From: Thermoanaerobaculia bacterium
GTDB lineage: Bacteria > Acidobacteriota > Thermoanaerobaculia > Multivoradales > SZUA-115
DNA length: 64,000 bases
Reading direction: 5' to 3'
Assembly (NCBI GenBank): GCA_044869955.1
Contig: JBIOYC010000074.1
Coordinates: 9,114-73,113, forward strand
Notes under the pieces: generated by a model
Database searches by the model: none
What the model was told of the DNA's origin: nothing
The model's input: only the letters and a program-made list of their open reading frames with translations
Translations under genes and position numbers: made by a program
Shown here: positions 62,125-64,000 of the stretch, piece by piece
How positions within the stretch are numbered: the stretch's first letter is position 1
Layout: each line of letters opens with the position of its first letter

Positions 62125-63129
62125 ATGATGCGAAAGACCATCCTGGCGCTGGCTCTGTCCTCTGCTCTCGGAGTCGCGACGACCCAGTTGCTCGCCGTGG
62201 ACAAGGCGGTGGAGCCCGGCCTGTCCTACCACACCTTCATCGAGACCAACGGCACCCTCAGCGGACGCATCTGGTTCGCCATCTGCTGCGATTGCTCCGG
62301 CACGGGTGACGAAACGTCTCCGTTTTCGATCGGCGACGACGATGACGATGGCGGCTGCGGTGGGAGCTGCTGCAACTGCCCGCCGGTGGAAGACGAGACG
62401 TCCCCGATCCGGATGGACGAGCGTACCGGTGGCCAGCACGGCGATGATGATGACGACGACGATGATGATGACGATGGCGGTGCTTGCGACGGCAGCGGCT
62501 CGCTGGACGTCGGCGGCGTGACCGTGGACCTGTTCGACGGGGATGGCAACCTCGTCGACTCCCAGGTGAGCGCTCAGGACGGCAGCTACTCCTTCTCGGA
62601 CCTGGCCGAGGGCAGCTATCGAGTGCAGGTGGCCGATCTGACCTTGCCGTCCGGCGTGCGCCCGGTCTTCGACGTCGACGGCACGACGACGCAGCACCGG
62701 GCGGTGGTCCAGCTCGACAGCGGCGAGAATCGCTCGGGAGTGGATTTCGGCTACGGCGGGTGCGCGCCGGGCACCGGCACTCTCGGCTACTGGAAGAACC
62801 ACCCGGACGCCTGGCCGGAGGAGCAGATCACCGTCGGCGGGGTGACCTACGGCAAGGACGAGGCGATCGCCATCCTGCGCACCCCGAGCCGGGGCGACAA
62901 GACCTACGACCTGTTCAAGCAGCTGGTGGCGGCGCAGCTCAACGTGCAGATCGGCAACCCGAGCAGCTGCGTCACGGTCACGATCGCCGAGGCGGACGCC
63001 TGGCTCGTCACCTACCCGCTGGGCAGCCGGGTCCGGAGCTCGAGCTCGGCCTGGGCCACCGGTGCCCCCCTGCACGCGACCCTGGACGACTACAACAACG
63101 GCGAGCTCTGCGCGCCGCATCGCGGCTGA
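62125..63129 (+). CDS. Secreted Cys- and Asp-rich protein with a poly-Asp tract and a C-terminal SdrD-B/Cna-B-like beta-sandwich domain
   Basis: GAAGGA SD. Signal peptide. The sequences CCDCSGTGDE, GGCGGSCCNC and an 11-residue poly-Asp run. The C-terminal domain contains VTVDLFDGDGNLVDSQVSAQDGSYSFSDLAEGSYRVQV. Confidence 0.65.
   Translation: MMRKTILALALSSALGVATTQLLAVDKAVEPGLSYHTFIETNGTLSGRIWFAICCDCSGTGDETSPFSIGDDDDDGGCGGSCCNCPPVEDETSPIRMDERTGGQHGDDDDDDDDDDDGGACDGSGSLDVGGVTVDLFDGDGNLVDSQVSAQDGSYSFSDLAEGSYRVQVADLTLPSGVRPVFDVDGTTTQHRAVVQLDSGENRSGVDFGYGGCAPGTGTLGYWKNHPDAWPEEQITVGGVTYGKDEAIAILRTPSRGDKTYDLFKQLVAAQLNVQIGNPSSCVTVTIAEADAWLVTYPLGSRVRSSSSAWATGAPLHATLDDYNNGELCAPHRG
62310..62480 (+). repeat. 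Low-complexity GAC/GAT (poly-Asp/Gly) coding tract
   Basis: Runs of gacgacgatgatgatgacgat read directly. It is part of the CDS above. Confidence 0.6.
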
Positions 63130-63199
63130 GGTTTGCGCTAACCTGTGGAGGAGTCGGCCCCGGCGCCGGCTCCTCCCTCGCTCTTGGGGGAGGCGCGAA

Positions 63200-63481
63200 A
63201 GGCGGGTCCTCCTGAACGAGATCGAGATTGCCCCCGGCGTCCTGTACCGCGACCTCGGGGGCGAGGCGGTCCTGCTCGAGCCCAGGAGCGGTCGCTACTT
63301 CGGCCTCGACGAGGTGGGAACGCGGATCTGGTCCCTGATCGTCGAGCACCTTCGGATCGAGCCGGTGGTCGACGCCCTGATCGCCGAGTACGAGGCTCCA
63401 CCGGATCGACTGCGACAGGACGTCCTCGCGTTCGTCGAGACTCTCCGTGAGCACGGCCTGCTCGAGAACCCGCGTGCCTGA
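63200..63481 (+). CDS. PqqD-like RiPP recognition element protein (lasso-peptide B1-like); start codon not resolved
   Basis: The 91 aa from VLLNEIEIAPGVLYRDLGGEAVLLEPRSGRYFGLDEVGTRIW...LAFVETLREHGLL have the PqqD/RRE pattern. No canonical start was found; the N-terminal 45 aa of the track ORF overlap the upstream gene and are rejected. Confidence 0.55.
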   Translation, partial: RRVLLNEIEIAPGVLYRDLGGEAVLLEPRSGRYFGLDEVGTRIWSLIVEHLRIEPVVDALIAEYEAPPDRLRQDVLAFVETLREHGLLENPRA

Positions 63482-63926
63482 GCTACCCCGGCTGGTCCGG
63501 TGGTCCGGTCTGCTGCTGCGCCGAGGACTGACGCTAGCCCGCCTCTGGCGGCTCCTGGGAGCCGCTTCCGAGCGCCTCGCCCGTCTGCCTCTCGACCAGG
63601 CCGAAGCCGAGCTGGCGGCCGGCTCTGCCGTCCGCCTCGGCGAGGTCTCACCCGACGAGCTGGCGCGGCTGCTGCGGGTCGCGGGGAGGCTCCGGCGCCA
63701 AGCCGGAACCTGTCTGCCACGAGCCCTCTGCTTGAAGCTGCTGCTCGAGCGGCAGGGGAGGCGGCCCGAGCTGCGGCTCGGGGTGCGCCGGGCCTCCGAC
63801 CGGCTCGAGGCGCACGCCTGGGTAGAGCTCGGGGGGCGGCCGGTCGGCGAGGCTGCCGACCTGCTCGAGCGGTTCAGCCCCCTGGAGAGCCCCGCTGCCT
63901 GGGCGGCAGCCCTGAGCGCGAAGTAG
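63447..63926 (+). CDS. Transglutaminase-like cysteine protease (lasso-peptide leader peptidase B2-like)
   Basis: Cys in CLPRALCLKLLL, and the region ELRLGVR...LEAHAWVE is typical of the Transglut_core3/McjB C-terminal domain. GTG start overlaps B1 by 35 nt. Confidence 0.6.
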   Translation: MSTACSRTRVPELPRLVRWSGLLLRRGLTLARLWRLLGAASERLARLPLDQAEAELAAGSAVRLGEVSPDELARLLRVAGRLRRQAGTCLPRALCLKLLLERQGRRPELRLGVRRASDRLEAHAWVELGGRPVGEAADLLERFSPLESPAAWAAALSAK

Positions 63927-63942
63927 CGAGGCCCTTTCAGGC

Positions 63943-63971
63943 TTGACAGGCCTGGCGAGCCCGGCTATCTT
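63943..63971 (+). promoter_or_regulatory. Sigma70-like promoter TTGACA-N17-TATCTT
   Basis: Hexamers read directly. They lie immediately upstream of the CIRCE element. Confidence 0.5.
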
Positions 63972-63972
63972 G

Positions 63973-63999
63973 TTAGCACTCGTCGGTCATGAGTGCTAA
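63973..63999 (+). promoter_or_regulatory. CIRCE operator (HrcA binding site), a perfect TTAGCACTC-N9-GAGTGCTAA
   Basis: An exact match to the CIRCE consensus. The regulated heat-shock gene (groES/groEL or hrcA-grpE type) lies beyond the window end. Confidence 0.85.
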
Positions 64000-64000
64000 C

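Noticed and set aside
63145-63450. GTG-initiated 101-aa ORF in frame 1 as the lasso precursor or B1
   Set aside because: Its translation is a Pro/Arg/Gly-rich low-complexity sequence with no leader/core features.
63988-64000. ATG AGT GCT AAC at the window end, as a possible lasso precursor or gene start
   Set aside because: The ATG lies inside the 9-nt spacer of a perfect CIRCE palindrome. It is far more likely operator sequence than a start codon.

Overview
This is a high-GC (~68-70%) bacterial chromosomal window with dense coding on both strands. Most long alternate-frame and antisense ORFs in the track are GC artefacts. I support about 55 genes. The gene content suggests a Myxococcota- or Acidobacteriota-like organism: DUF4388, DUF1844, an FHA-MscS channel, YVTN propellers, a Sig-70_X6 type ECF sigma and a Tat-exported vanadium haloperoxidase.

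Recognisable housekeeping blocks:
- TPR protein translationally coupled to the ECF sigma
- HU with an Ala/Lys-rich tail
- lipoprotein SBP divergent from an envC-ctpA-yibQ-like cell-envelope cluster
- tesA / ybbA-ybbP-like triad
- ParE/RelE toxin-antitoxin next to mazG
- DUF1844-TPR-DUF4388 operon
- dnaK-hspR followed by a DnaC/IstB-like ATPase coupled to SpoIID
- orphan RtcB with an aminotransferase and a tandem-HTH regulator
- acyl-CoA dehydrogenase-meaB-methylmalonyl-CoA epimerase
- carA-lolE, MFS exporter, RdgC-like, DUF2270

The window is unusually rich in secreted peptidases: S8, S1, S41, M23, S9 and two small Cys-rich metzincins.

Highlights:
1. A PrdB/GrdB-family (glycine/sarcosine/betaine/D-proline reductase protein B) gene that the ORF track splits at a single in-frame TGA, with a hairpin just 3' of it. 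It is a candidate selenoprotein.
2. Two [small secreted protein + mini-metzincin] cassettes. The second sits in a ~60% GC island and includes a DxDxDG calcium-binding protein.
3. A membrane Ser/Thr-kinase homolog with HGH in place of HRD (predicted pseudokinase) overlapping an MscS-FHA channel gene.
4. A TolB-propeller/S9 peptidase/FGE-sulfatase fusion.
5. An 1100-aa YVTN-propeller plus di-heme cytochrome c peroxidase protein next to an IS200-like HUH transposase, the pair bracketed by an exact 22-nt direct repeat.
6. The start of a lasso-peptide cluster (PqqD-like B1, transglutaminase-like B2) with a large SARP regulator upstream.
7. A perfect CIRCE operator behind a sigma70-like promoter at the window end.

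No rRNA, tRNA or CRISPR was found.
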